In this document: piece after piece, positions 25,421 through 39,029 of the stretch | Numbering within the stretch: position 1 is the first letter of the stretch | How the letters are laid out: every line of letters starts with the position of its first letter | Source: Okamejei kenojei | Taxonomy: Eukaryota | Length of the DNA: 64,000 bases | NCBI GenBank assembly: GCA_035221665.1 | Contig: JAVHYY010000086.1 | Coordinates: 248,001 to 312,000 of the forward strand | Direction of reading: 5' to 3' | Translations under genes and position numbers: made by a program | The notes under the pieces: model-generated | Seen by the model: the letters and a program-made list of their open reading frames with translations, nothing else | Database searches by the model: none | What the model was told of the DNA's origin: nothing

Positions 25421-25979
25421 GCTACTGAGCTATATGGTGAGGATGAGTTGGCTAGGACTATTCCATGATGCGCAAGGGGATGAAGGGTGTAAAAAAAATC
25501 ATGAGACGAATAGATCGGTAAAGGCACTGAGTCCCTGCCCCGTATAGGGGAATGGAGAACCGGGTTTAAGGTGTGTGCATGGTGAGGATTTCACAGGAAC
25601 CAGAGGGGTAACTTTTTACACAAAAGGCGTTCGGTGTCTGGATCAAGCTGCCGGGGTAGGTAGTTTAGGCAGGTGCTAGCGCAACGCTTTAGACAGGTAC
25701 ATGCAAAGGATAGGCATGGAGGAATATTTCTGGTGTGATTAGTGTAGATGGGACATATTGATCGGTGTGGGCAGGTTGGGCCGAAGAGCCCGTTCCCACG
25801 CTGTATGGCTCTCTGAGTCTGACTTGGAGAAATTCCCCTTACCACCCCCCTGTTTCCCCTTCCACTTTCCCGCTTAGCATTCCCCTTCATCGCATTCTCC
25901 CACAATCTTCTACCCGAATTCCCTTTGTACATTAAAATAATGTTGTATTTAACTGTTTCTCCTAATACGTGAAAATAAT

Positions 25980-26066
25980 AAACCAAACTAAACAAAACCT
26001 GACTTAACGGAACTGAACTGAATTTAACTAAACTAAACTAAACTGAACTGAACTGATCTAAACTTA
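25980..26066. repeat. (AACT[A/G])n pentanucleotide microsatellite
   Basis: AACTA/AACTG repeats; paralogous tract at 36575-36745. Confidence 0.8.
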
Positions 26067-26348
26067 ATGAGATTCACAGACGTGATTTGGGAACCGGTCA
26101 ATGTGCAATGACTATTTACGTGTCGTTATGTTTGCTCATCATTTAACGCCGAGCTCATTGGGTAACACTATTTTGCTTTTATTGCTTCAGATTTTCCCTT
26201 ATGAGGGCAGTGACTCCAGCGCAGCTGTTCCGACAAAAGGTAGACCCCACCCCGCTACCGCTATTGGAGAGCCAACTGAGACACAGGGCAACAACGAGGG
26301 AGCGCTCCCTTTGCCGCCGGCAAATCGACATCTCAGCTGATAGACACG

Positions 26349-26849
26349 ATGTGATTCATCATTATCTGGATGGTGTGGGGGACATTTTTGATAAGTAATA
26401 TTGACACACATGCATTTCTTTTCTATTTTACTTGTGAAACAGGGTATGATTCTGAGACTTAAAATATCGCAGGTCTGATCAATTATTTGGATCTATTTTT
26501 ACAGATCACGGCCGTGGAGATTCTGGCGCTCAGTCGCCGCGATTAGCAGTTAAGATAGAAAGAGAAGCAGTGACGTTGGAATACACCTAAGAACCCCGGG
26601 TGCCTACAGGATACACTGGTATCGACAGATGCCCGGCTCGGAGTCTGAGTACACTTTACGGAAAGTCAGCGATGGCGATGAATGGAAAGCGCAGTTTGCT
26701 GACAGTCGTTTCTCTGTCGAACTCCGCACCGGGAGATAATTCATCAGCTTGACCAATTCATATCTGGAGCTGAGCGACGCTGCAGTTTTTTTTTAATTGC
26801 ACGTTGAGCCGCAGAGTGATGGGAATCAGCACATACGCGTGCAGAAACA
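26349..26849 (+). pseudogene. V9: TCR V pseudogene, paralogue of V11 (leader 26349-26394, V exon from 26505)
   Basis: Stop at leader codon 2 (ATG TGA); first Cys mutated to Tyr followed by TAA; heptamer mutated to CAGAGTG (26812-26818). Confidence 0.9.
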
Positions 26850-27168
26850 CCAGGCTCCAGGTGACTCGCGGTGGAATCCAATACAAGCCTCACACTGGTT
26901 CCTGTTAGCAGTTTCCTGTCATTCTGAGATTTGTTTCCAAAGTCGTTCTTGGTACGATTTGCACAGGTGCGCAGGTGGCTTGCTTCCTATTCGCTGAGAG
27001 CTGTCACCCCTTAATCCCTTCCTTCCGTTAGCGGACTCTGTTCTTTTCTATTCTCTGCACCGCGTCCCTCTCTGCACAACAACTTCGAAATTAAAGTCAC
27101 GCAGTTTCCCAGCTTTTCATAAAACGCGGTATTAGGAATGTTCCTTGATCTGTTCGGATTTCGAAATT

Positions 27169-29280
27169 CTTTTTTTTTTTTAAATTTTTAAAGAAAGGAA
27201 AACAGAAAGAAAAATAAAATAAAAATCAACATCAAAAAAGAAAATCATAAAGATTGGAATAATTTACTATTAATACATCATAGGAGATAAGATCAAGGAA
27301 TATAAAATATAACTTGTCATCTCATCCTGAGTCCAAGTTTCAGTTAGGGTTCCCTGCCGAACCATTCTACCCTTTTAAGTAATCAATGAAAGAAGGCCGT
27401 ATTCTAACGAAACCCTCATGTTTGTCCATTAGGGCAAATCTGATTCTTTCCAGGTGTAGGGTCTCCGACATTTCCATAATCCACATTTTAGTTGTGGGGG
27501 ATTTAGGGCCTTTCCAAAATTTTAATATTAATTTCTTCCCAATTATTATACTGTAATCTAGGAAATAATTTTGAGTTGTTGTAAGCGTTAAATTTTGTTC
27601 TGATATTCCAAGTATTATTAATTTTGGGTCCGGATCCAGTTTAGTATTAATAACTTCAGAAGTTATTCTAAAAATCTCAATCCAGAAATTCTTAATTTTT
27701 ATACAATTTGCAAAAGTATGTGTTAAATTAGCCTCTGGATGTTGACATTTATCGCAGGTAGTGGATACCTGTGGAAAGATTCTATTTAATTTAACTTTAG
27801 AGTAATGTAATCTATGTAATATTTTAAATTGTATTAAAGCATGTCTGCAGTTTAGCGAGCATTGATGTATATATTGTAAACTTGTGTCCCATATATCTTT
27901 CGTTATGGATTGATTTATTTCATTTTCCCATGTATGTCTATATGATTCCGTCGATGGTATCTCGCTATCTAAAAGGGTATTGTAAATATAAGTTGTTAAT
28001 TTTTCTGTATTAGGACGCTTATTCAGACATTCATCAAGGATTTCTGGTTCCTTATTCCTATAATCTTGTGTATTTGATTTAACATAATCTCTGAGTTGTA
28101 GATATCGAAAAAAATATTTGAGTGTAATCCATAAATCTGTTGCAGTTCCTGAAATGAAAGATAAGTGCCTTTCTTATAAAGGTGTTCCATCTTGTTGATG
28201 CCATAGTCATTCCATTGTATAAACCTTTATCCAGCATGGAAGGTTTCAATAAGAGATTGTTTACAATAGGGAGACAGAGTGGTATATTATCCAATGTTAA
28301 AGCCTTTTTAAGTTGTTTCCAGATTCGTGACAGGAATATACTATAGAGTTTTCCCCATAGGTTTTTTTGTTCAATTTTGTCGGTGCAAATATAATCGAAC
28401 CGATTTCAAAAGGTAGACAGTCCTCCTTTTCCATCCTTAACCAATCTGCTTGTTGATCCATTTCTTCCAGCCAAAAATTCATGTTTTTAATATAAACTGC
28501 CCAAAAATAAAACAAAAAAATTGGTAGAGCTAAACCTCCATTAATCTTTGATTTATTTAAATGTTTTGTATTTATTCTATGATTCTTGTAATCCCAGATG
28601 AAACTTGTAACAGTAGAGTCTACTTAAAAAAAAGATTTTGGAATATATATCGGGATTGACTGAAATAAGTACAATAATTGCGGCAGAAAATCATTTTTAT
28701 AGCATTAATTCTACCGAACATTGAAATAGGAAGTGTGTTACAGTATTGAATATTCTTATTCAGTGTACTCAGTAAAGGTGGGAAATTTGATTTAAATAAA
28801 GAACTATACCCTTTAGTTATATAAATACCTAGATATTTTTTTTTCTTCAACTATTTTAAAAGGTGATTGTTGTAGTAAATGTAAATTGTGATCCGTTATT
28901 GACATGATTTCGCTTTTATTCCGATTAATTCTATATGCTGAGAACTGACCGAATTGAGTTATTAGATTTAATATATTTGGAATACTAATTTCTGGCTTTG
29001 TAATATATATTACTACATCATCTGCATATAGAGACACTTTATTCATTGTATCTTTAGTATTGTACCCATGTATTTCTGGATTAGATCTGACATTTTCTGC
29101 GAGTGGTTCAATTGCTAAAGCGAATTATAATGGAGAAAACGAACATCCTTGTCTACAACCCCTGGAAAGATTAAATTAAGTTGATAACATTTGATTTGTT
29201 AGTATTCTAGCTGTTGGGTTAGAATATAAAAATTTAACCCATGCACAGTACTTCTCTCCCAATTGAAATGTTTTCGAAAT
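27169..29280 (-). mobile_element. L1-clade LINE, 5'-truncated ORF2 with poly(A) tail
   Basis: GCRQGC; KVSLYADDVVIY; KYLGIYIT; LPISMFGRINAIKM; C-terminal CDKC...HTF; poly(T) at 27169-27181 on +; absent from duplicate copy B. Confidence 0.9.
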
Positions 29281-29559
29281 TCTTTATTCAAATTCCCCCA
29301 TTGGTTGTGATCAGTCCCCGTCGATTACGATGATCACAACGCCATTAATAATATATTTTAGTCCAGGTTGTAAAACAGGGTTTGTCCACTGTTCCGACAG
29401 CGACAGAGAAACGGATGTGAACCTGACCTCGCCGTTCGCCATGTGCAGTTTACACATTCTCCTGTTCGTCCAATAGATACTAAAATAACGGGTAGGCGCA
29501 GAATATCCTACTCAGAATAGGGGAAGCAAGGACCTGGGGACATGGGTATTATGTCGGTT

Positions 29560-29982
29560 TATACTCTCTAGAATTTAGGAGATGGAGAGGGGATCTTATA
29601 GAAACTTACAAAATTCTTAAGGGGTTGGACAGGCTAGATGCAGGAAGATTGTTCCCGATGTTGGGGAAGTCCAGTACAAGGGGGACACAGCTTAAGGATA
29701 AGGGGAAATCCTTTAAGACCGAGATGAGGAATAGTTTTTTCACACAGAGAGTGGTGATTCTCTGGAACTCTCTGCCACAGAGGGTAGTTGAGGCCAGTTC
29801 ATTGGCTATACTTAAGAGGGAGTTAGATGTGGCCCTTGTGGCTAAGGGGATCAGAGGGTATGGAGAGGAGGCAGGTACGGGATACTGAGCTGGATGATCA
29901 GCCATTATCATATTGAATGGTGATGCAGGCTCGAAGGGCCGAATGGCCTAATCCTGCACCTAATTTCTATGTTTCTATGTTT
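29560..29982 (+). mobile_element. CR1 LINE 3' fragment
   Basis: LDRLDAGRLFPMLG...FFTQRVV.LWNSLP; TTTCTATG tail. Confidence 0.88.
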
Positions 29983-30730
29983 ATATGTTGGGTGGGGGGG
30001 TGGGATTTAACAGCAACCTGAGGGGTAACATTTTCGATGCATACGGTGGCGGTGTATGGAACGAGCTGCCTGAGGAGGCAGTTAAGGAAGGGACTATCGC
30101 AACGTTGAATAAACATTTAGACAGGGACATGATTTGGACAGGTTTAGAGGGATATGGGCAAAACGCAGGAAGGCGGGTGTACCAAAAATGCTGGGGTTAC
30201 TCAGCGGCTCAAGTAGCATTTCTGGAGAGAAGGAATGGGTTTCGGGCCAAGAACCTTCTTCAGACGTCTTCAGATGGGCCATGTTGGTCGTCGTGGGCAA
30301 GTTAGGCCGAATGACCTGTTTGCATGGTGTCTGACTTTATAATTAATTAATTCCTCAATACCCGACACCATTAATTGATTGGTGTTAAGATGCAGCATGA
30401 AAACAGGCCCTTCAGTCAACGGAGTGCACGTCAACCATCACTCACCACTTCACACTAGTTCTTACTTTCGCATCGGCTCCTTATGCATGAAGGCTAATTT
30501 ATAGTGGCAAATTGAACTACGATCTCGCACGACATTCGATATGGGGGTAAACTGGGGGAAGGATAAGCGGTCGCATGCATAACCTGCAGACTCCACACAG
30601 CCAGCACCTCAGGTTAAAAAAAACATGGGACCTTTCACCACTGTACCATGGTAGAGGGGTAAGGCGTAATAGGGAAATGGGGCATCAACGTTTGGAATAA
30701 AATTTACTTAGTTAGAAAAATACATTTAAT

Positions 30731-31034
30731 TTAGTTTAGTTTAGAGATGCAAAGCAGAAACAGGTCCCTCGGCCCACCGAGTCCGCGGCGACCAGCGACC
30801 CCCACATATTTACCTTATCCCACACACACACACACGGGACAATTTACACATACACCAAGCCAATTAACCTAGATATCTACCTGTTCGCCACATATCTCGG
30901 AGAATACCCACGAGGTCACGGCGAGAACCTACAAACTCCATACAGACAGCAACCGTAGTCGGGATCGATCCCGTGTCTCCGGCGCTGCAAATGCTGTAAG
31001 GCAGCAACACTACTGATGCGGCACCGTGGCCGCC
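30731..31034 (-). mobile_element. tRNA-derived SINE (V-SINE/HE1-like)
   Basis: Pol III box-like head on the minus strand; (CTAAA)n tail. Confidence 0.72.
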
Positions 31035-33431
31035 CGGAATTTCATTTGGTTGGGTTGGAATAGTGGGCAGGACAACTAATTCACGCGAATGGTTTGCGGT
31101 TTGGGAGCACATCGTGAATGTTGGTATATGAACACAACACATTTTCGCGGAGAATAATATTGATAGGCACAAAGTCAGAAAAGATTTCGACACGCAAAAA
31201 TAACAAAATAGCTTTCTCCTCCTTGAATGAACAGTGATCTGGTAAATGTTTGATGAAGCGAGGAGTAGATCCCACCATTTAAACTGGAGATGAACAGCCA
31301 ACAAAACAATTTGCAGCACTATGAAGTGTGACATATGGTTGTTAAAATAGAGGGGCGTCTTGGCGTTCGAATCTTCATCTCAATCTCGGATTTCATGCCT
31401 TTCTATTAACGTCTCCTCCATGCCATTTTACAAAGCCCACATATCGCCCCAACTCGTGCCTTTGCCTTCATCTCAATTCAGCCCCTGACAAAGCTCGATT
31501 GTTATAACATTGTTATCAGTGGCATTGGTTTTATGTATGTTGTAAGATATTTCATTGATTTAATTGAGAAATTCTTGTCATTGTTATTTTGAAGATCGCT
31601 CGCCGGTTTGGAAATCGTTTACTCCAGGGATGAGAGCATGGTTGAAAATTTCGCAATGCTTTGTTCATTTTCTGGCTTTCTGATGAAGCAGCAGATATTA
31701 CATTTGCCTTGCGCAAATGAAAACACTGTAGCGCATTAGAGGCAAGTCACAAATGACTGGTTATGCTGGAATGTGCAGCCAAAAAAAAAATGTGTTGGAG
31801 GAACTCAGCGGCGTCTCCCAGACACGGTACAAAAACATTGAATGCGTGAGACGAGGTGTAGTACACGTACGGTGAATCCTCAGCTGAGTATTATATAATT
31901 AGTGGATGGACACTGCTGAGGGTGAAATTTGGTGGAGATAACAGCAGGGATTGCAACGTTGCCTGTTTCTTCGTTGGCCATATGGAGCATCCTTTGTTCC
32001 AAACCCATTCTCGCAAATATCCCCATTCGGACTCCCCTGCGCGGACTACGCCTTGTGGACTGCCTCTTGGAACCAGGCAGAACAGGCTAATATTATTAAC
32101 TTCGCCACCAATATCCGCCCCTGCCTCAAATTGACTGGAACCACTTTGCTCCTCCAATTTCCTGATCGTTTTGGCTCTGTAACCCGATGGTTACACCGCC
32201 TCAGCAGATGAGGGATGATGTAATCTGCAGCAAAAAATAATACAATGTGCTGGTATCCTGGTAGATTGCACAACAGGCGGTAGATAGATCGTCCTGCTGC
32301 AAGTGGGAAGTGTCAATATGAGTTTTTGCAAACACATAGAGGAGGCACGCAGGATCACGTGATGAGTTGTAGGTTACACAGACTCACTTCGTCATCGTTC
32401 CCCGCTCATCGAGCTATTTTCTTTTGCCGACCACGGCTGGATTCGGGGGACCGGTGTTGTTGCATGGTTGACACGAACTCAGAAATAAGAGCCGCGCCAG
32501 GCTTCAGCGGTGCTGTCAATGAGCAAGTGTGGAATCGCTCGCGCCATGTCCGCGACTGGGATGACGTTGGCAATAAAGCACTCGATGTGCTGCGCTCAGC
32601 TGCAATGAGCAACATTGCATTCCCCAATCGAGCCTAATATCGCCAATGCACAGAGCACACAGATGAAGAAGATTATGTTCATCCTCGTCGTCAATAAGCG
32701 ATACATTTTCAATCTCGGTATCATTCATAATCGCACTAAAGTTTCTGTTTGAATGCCACGTTGTTATCTTCCCTCCAGCTGACAATGATATTCGACATTT
32801 CTTGGATCACCGTCCGCTTTGGCCTCTCTTTTTCACACCTTACACTTCCATATTTCTAATCCCCCTGACTCTCAGTCTGGACCCGAAACGTCACCCATCT
32901 TCCCTCCGGATATGTCTCTTGTCCAGCATTTTGGTCTATCTTCGGCAGGGTACAGTAAGATTTAACTTCATAAAGTAAAGTACAGGCCAGTGATCATCTA
33001 CCGAATTGTGGACGTTGGGATTTGATGCTGGATTTGATGCGCTACAATGTGGATAACTTTATTCTGCACTCTGTATCATTCCATTTGCTCTATCTATTGC
33101 ACTTTGGTTTGAATGGGTTGTAGTTATGGACCGTTATCTGATCTGCTAGCTAGTATGGGAAGCATCATTTACCACTGTATCTCTAACCATTATACATCTA
33201 AACCTAAGCCATGTGTTTGCCAGACGCCAGACATGGCGATTCTGTTCACACATAAGTCGCCCTCTGCATGGAGCACAGAAAAGGAGTCGGTGGGTTTCAG
33301 CTGCGCCGATGACACCGCAAACCGCCAGCGAGAGAAACTGAGAGAGTTGGGAAGAATTCTCAGGCGGCGGGAAACCACAACAACCAAGCGCAGTGCAGAC
33401 GTATATACCTGCAGCAGGCAAAGCAGAAGCT

Positions 33432-34397
33432 GATGTTTGTAGGAAGGTTTCATTTGTTTCCATCACTGCGGCTAAAGGCGCAATAATAAACTGCAGCGTC
33501 AGTCAGCTCCAGCCCCGATAGGGTTAAACTTAATTATTTTCTATCGGCCTAGATCTGGAGAGAGAAGCGAGCGCCTGCAAAAAGTGCGCTTTCTCCTCGG
33601 TTCCATCTGATTATTTCCACAGTATGAACTCGGGCCTTGAGTTCTGATGATGCCGGTACCAAAATAAGCTGTAGTACGTTTCTGCGGTATGATAGGTGCA
33701 GCTGAAAGTCACGGACTCTCCTTCTGCCTTCTGTGCTGACGGCAGCGATTGTGTGACGGTATCTCCATGATTGGGTTCTGAAAAAAAGGATGAGATTTAG
33801 GTTTGTTATGCGTGCACCAAAAATACGCGGAAGACCTTTTTATTACATGCTACCCAAACAGATCAACTGATAATATACATAAATGCAAAAGCAAACGCAC
33901 GTTCAATAAATAGATAAAGAGAACATAGAACGTGCAGAATAAAGTTCATATTATTTTAGCGAATCAGTTCCAGAGACAAAGGCCAATGTCGACACTGGGG
34001 TAGACATGCATCGCATACCTCGCTTGCCTATCGAGGTGAACCGAACATTGCCGGGGGTAACAGGTAGTAAGAAACTGCAGATGCTGACGTAAACCCAAGC
34101 TAGACACGAAACGCTGGAGTTACTCAGCGGGTCAGCCAGCCTCTCTTGACAAAAAGAATAGGTGTAATGAAGAAGGGTCTCGACCAGAAACATTACCAAA
34201 ACCAATTAATTTTATCTATGGCATATGGATGGGGATTAGGTTGTACCCGGCTTTCCATTTACATGTAGAACAAGATTAGACCGGTTCGCATTCACAATGA
34301 TGGTCAGCGTTTCGTCGGAGTAAGTAGCCGGATTAACTGCTGCGACTTTACCTACCATGCATGCTCCCCACACAATCCAAATGGCAAATGAGCGCAT
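33432..34397 (-). pseudogene. V10: TCR delta-type V pseudogene (leader 34352-34397, V exon 33471-33777)
   Basis: Leader MRSFAIWIVWGACMV G|GTAAAG; exon PNHGDTVTQSLPSAQKAEGESVTFSCTY...LFWYRHHQ...ILWK* with a later frameshift; heptamer mutated to CGCAGTG (33464-33470). Confidence 0.88.
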
Positions 34398-36574
34398 TTT
34401 CCCAATGAAAAACCCTTTGTGAATGTCCCTCCTCGACCTGGTGCTGTGCGGCTTTCGGATGTTCTCGCCTCTCCTGCTGGTGCTGGTGGCGCAGTGGTAA
34501 CGGCGGGCGGAAAGCGACTAACGTCCGCCTACCTCAACTTCCTCCCAATCGGTCAGCGTTCTTTCAGGATAGGCATGTAGTGACTGGGTGGGGAAGGAAA
34601 CATCGACATCGCTGTAACAGGGGAATCTCGGCTCGGCTTTGTGAGGAACGCTAAGGTGTCATAATGTAAAGGAACTGTGATGAGCGGGTCAATGAGGGAA
34701 TTATAGATTACGTTGATTGCTTGGCGAAATCTACTTCAGTTTAAATTTATCTCCGAGTTAGAAATTATTCCCGTTCCCAGAACAAACCCACGGAACGGAT
34801 TCGATGCGAGATAGATGAAAGTTAGGATGCGAGGACACCTTTAGAGTATTGCGTTCCGTTTTGGGCACCGTGGTGGGTGTGTGGATCGAGCAGCCGGGGT
34901 AGGTAGTGGAGGAAGGTACTAGCGCAACATTTTGACAGGTACATGTAAAAGATAGACATGGAGGAATATGGGCCAAGCGCAGTTTGGTGGGATTAGTATA
35001 GATGGGAGATATTGGTCGGTGTTTGTTTGTGTGTTAATGTGTGCGCGCGTGTGCGAGAGAAGAGAAAAAGAGAGATAGAGAGATTGGGAGCCACTGTTCG
35101 CTATCCTTGGCCCCATGCACACGGTGATCATTATTTTTGGTGGCAGAGGTAATTGATTTGAGAGGTGTTGTTGGATTGGAAACTATATGTCGTACATCAT
35201 CTGCTGTGCAGTCGATTTACCATGTTATATAGTAGTGGGAGTATAGAGCATGGAAATAGGCCCATCCGCTCAATCGAACAAAATGCGCCATCTACATTAG
35301 TCTAATTTGCCTGCGTTAGGCCCATATCACTCTATACCTTTCCTCTCCATGTAACTAATCGAAATGTCTTTTAAAAGTTGAGATGTTAGCTGCCTCAACA
35401 ACCTCCTCTGGCAGCTGGTTCGAAACACCCTCCACCAATTGAGTGAAAAAGCTTCCCCTCAAGTTCCTATTACATCTCTCCGTCTCACCTGAAACTCGAA
35501 AGAACCCTACTATGGGTAGAAAACTCTGTGAATACACGCTGCATATTCCCCCTCGTGATCGTATACACCTCTACATGATCAGTTATGTAGTCTGTTCCTG
35601 GTAGTGCAAATATTAGCTGTGATGGCGGATTCAGTTGTAAAATTCGGATTAGATCTGAGAAGAGCAGTTGGTCGGGGGATAGACACAGCAAAGCGTTGTT
35701 GCCCCAGGCCAATAAACGGTTGGGATTGAACCAACGCTGTTGGCCGCATACGTGCTTCAGGAGGCAGGTACTTGGCAGTGACGACGGTGATACAACAGGC
35801 AACAGGCAAATTAGTAATTGTACCGCTTTGATTTTCGCTCGTGATTCAAGGTTAACAAAATCAGGATGGACAGTAAGCGGACAGCATCAAAGGAGAGCGA
35901 AGCAGATTAACTCTTATGTCGATATTCGTGTATATAAATTCCCATAGACAGAACCACCTAGCGCCACATAGCGCCGGAATGCTCAGCAGGTCGGGAAGCA
36001 TCCGTGAAGGGAATGGATAGGGCGACGTTTCGAGTCGGGACCCTCCGTTGTTTGATTGTAGGCTACTGACCCAAAACATCGCCTGTCTATTTTTCTCTAC
36101 GGTTGAAGCCTGAACTACTGAGCTTTTCCGGTACTTTCAGTTCGGCTCAATATTTGAAAATCCGTCAGTTTCACTGTCGAAAGCAGAGATCTATATAGTT
36201 CCGCTATAGGATCTTTGGTCGAAAGAAGGTTAACACTGGAGAGAACTCGAATAGCCAGCAGGAAAGCATGGAAAAGGGTGGAATGCAGGATGATGTTATA
36301 AGCAACGGTTTATTGTGCCAGGTACAACAAAATAGCAACGGAATATAGACAAATATAGACCGTGCGTTATGAAGATAAACTGGGAAAATGTGTATTGAAC
36401 ACGTGTGATTGCTCATTAATTACAGAGGTGAGGGTGCACGGCATCCAGTCGGGGGACATGCAGTCTCCAAGTGCACACACGGATACATGTACAGTCTTAC
36501 TTTGATTGCGTAGCACGCAAAGTAAAGTTTAAAAAAATACTGTTTCTAATCATACATGACAATAACAAACTGAT

Positions 36575-36745
36575 CTAAACCAAACTAAACTAAACTAAAC
36601 TAAACTAAACAAACTAAACAAAACTAAACTAAATTAAACCAAACTTAACTTAACTTAACTGAACTGGATTGAACTCAAAAAAGGAAATGAATCTAAATTA
36701 AACTGAACTGAACTTAACCAAATTGAACTGGACTAAACTAAACTT
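36575..36745. repeat. (AACT[A/G])n microsatellite
   Basis: Direct inspection. Confidence 0.8.
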
Positions 36746-37038
36746 AATGAAACTCACAGACATGATTTAGGAGCCGTTCAATGCACAATGATATTCAGGT
36801 ATATACGTGTCTTTACGTTTGCTCATCATATATCATCACTGAGCTCCTTGGGTAACACTGTTTTGCTTTTATTGCTTCAGATTTCCCTTATAAGTGCAGT
36901 TACTCCAGCGCAGCTGTTCCGTCAACAGATAGACCCCACCCCGCTCACAGCTATTGGAGAGCCAACGGAGACACGGGGCAACACGAAGGGAGCGCTCTGT
37001 TTGCCGCCATCACATCAACATCTCAGCTGATAGACACC

Positions 37039-37504
37039 ATGTGGTTCCTCATTATCTGGATGGCGTGGGGAACATTTTTGATAAGTAATAGTGACACACA
37101 AACATGTATTTTCTCTTTTACTTGTTAAACACTGTATGAATCTCAGACTTTCAATCTCGCAGGTCTGATCAATTTATTCCGTTTGGATCTATTTTTACAG
37201 ATCACGGCCGTGCAGATTCTGTCACTCAGTCGCTGCCATTAGCAGTGAAGACAGAAGGAGAAGCAGTGACGTTGGAATGCACGTACAAAACTCCGGGTGC
37301 CTACAGGATATACTGGTATCGACAGATGCCCGGCTCAGAGCCTGAGTACACTTTACGGAAAGACAGCGATGGCGATGAATGGAAAGCGCAGTTTGCTAAC
37401 AGTCGTTTCTCTGTCGAACTGCGCACCGGGAGTAAATTCATCAGTTTGACCATCTCAGATCTGGAGCTGAGCGACTCTGCAGTTTATTACTGCACTTTGA
37501 GCCG
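37039..37504 (+). CDS. V11: TCR delta/alpha-type V segment, apparently intact (leader 37039-37084, V exon 37201-37504)
   Basis: Leader MWFLIIWMAWGTFLI A|GTAATA; exon HGRADSVTQSLP...VTLECTY...IYWYRQMPG...DSAVYYCTLS, open. Confidence 0.9.
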
Positions 37505-37542
37505 CACAGTGATGGGAATCAGTACACACCCGTACAGAAACA
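37505..37542 (+). promoter_or_regulatory. RSS of V11 (22-nt spacer)
   Basis: CACAGTG + 22 nt + ACAGAAACA. Confidence 0.85.
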
Positions 37543-37722
37543 CTTTGTGGCTCGGGATGGAATCCAATGCAAGCCTCACACGGGTTCCTGTTCGTGGTTT
37601 CCTGTCATTCTGAGAATTGTTTACAAAGCAGGTTTTGGTACGATTTGCGGAGGTGCGTCAGGGCTTCCTTCCTATTCGCTGAGAGTTGTCACTCCCGAAT
37701 CTCTTCCTTCCGTTACTGTTCC

Positions 37723-37900
37723 NNNNNNNNNNNNNNNNNNNNNNNNNNNNNNNNNNNNNNNNNNNNNNNNNNNNNNNNNNNNNNNNNNNNNNNNNNNNNN
37801 NNNNNNNNNNNNNNNNNNNNNNNNNNNNNNNNNNNNNNNNNNNNNNNNNNNNNNNNNNNNNNNNNNNNNNNNNNNNNNNNNNNNNNNNNNNNNNNNNNNN
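37723..37900. other. Assembly gap
   Basis: N run. Confidence 1.
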
Positions 37901-39029
37901 GAATGTTTCGCAACTTGCCAGCTTCTCATAAAACGCGGTTTTCGGACTGTTCCGTGTTCTATTCGAATTCCGAAATTCTTCATTCAAAACATTCATTAAT
38001 GCTTCATTAATAGCAACCTCAGGGGTAACGTCTCCCACACCTACGGATGAGGCTGTTAAGCCAGGGTCTATCGCAACGTTGAAGAAACATTTAGACCGGG
38101 ACATGGATTGGACAGGTTTAGAGGGATATGGTCAAAACGCAGGCAGGCTGGTGTACTAAAATGCTGGAATAACTCATCGGGACAGGCTGCATTTCTGCAG
38201 AGAAGGAATGGGTGACGTTTCGGGTCGAGACCCTTCTTCAGACGTCTTCAGATGGGGCATGTTGGTCGGCGTGGGCAGGTTAGGCCGAAGGACCTGTTTC
38301 CATGCTGTATTGCTTTGTGACTCTATTATTAAATAATTCTTGATTCCCCGACACCATTAATTGATTCGTGTTAGGATGCAACATGAAAACAGGCCCTTCA
38401 TTCAACAGAGTGCACGACGCCCATCACTCACCAGTTCACTGTGTTTAAAAAGGAACTGCAGATTCTGGAACATCGAAGGTTGGCAAACGTGCTGGAGAAG
38501 CACAGCGGGTGCGGTTGCCGCAGCATCTTCGCTCCATAGATGCTGCCGCACTCGCTGAGATTCTCCAGGACTTTTGTCTCCTCAGCAGTTCACACTAGCT
38601 CCTACATTCGCATCTACTCCCGACGCGTGAAGGCAATTTTACAGCGGCCAATTGACCTACAATCTCGCACGACATTCGAGATATGGGGAGAAACCGGAGG
38701 GAAGATAAGCCGTCGCATGAATAACAAGTAGAAACCACGCAGCCTGCACCTCAGGTGAAAAAATGGAACGCTTCACCTAGGTATGTTACTAGACATACCT
38801 TAAGCGCCGCTGCAGTTCTGTCACTGGCCGTGTGCGGGACTTCGGCGCCTTTAAAGAGGGGGGGGGGAGTTAAAATGCGTTTCTTTCCCTTGCCATCCTG
38901 AATTATATTTTCTCGGAGTGCGAGCTATTTCTGGAGATTTCTTCCGACTGCCGGTAAGTGATTTTTTTTTAATCGTCCGACGATTTCAGCGCTACAGTAA
39001 AATAAGCCCTTACCCGCACGGGAGACAGG

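Larger units (their letters stand above)
20330..30650. repeat. Segmental duplication copy A (paralogous to 31730-38780)
   Basis: Colinear similarity 20330-23290~31730-34870, 26060-27170~36740-37980, 30050-30645~38030-38780; each copy carries a (-)V and a (+)V head-to-head. Confidence 0.88.
31730..38780. repeat. Segmental duplication copy B (paralogous to 20330-30650)
   Basis: See copy A; lacks the CR1 and L1 insertions present in copy A. Confidence 0.88.

Noticed and set aside
31270-31334. Leader-like peptide MSHFIVLQIVLLAVHLQF on the minus strand
   Set aside because: No phase-1 consensus donor and no V exon downstream; the ORF runs into a SINE.
31920-32200. Possible old non-LTR element C-terminal remnant (HPLF…W…W; also at 20490-20760)
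   Set aside because: Only vague motif resemblance; cannot be assigned.
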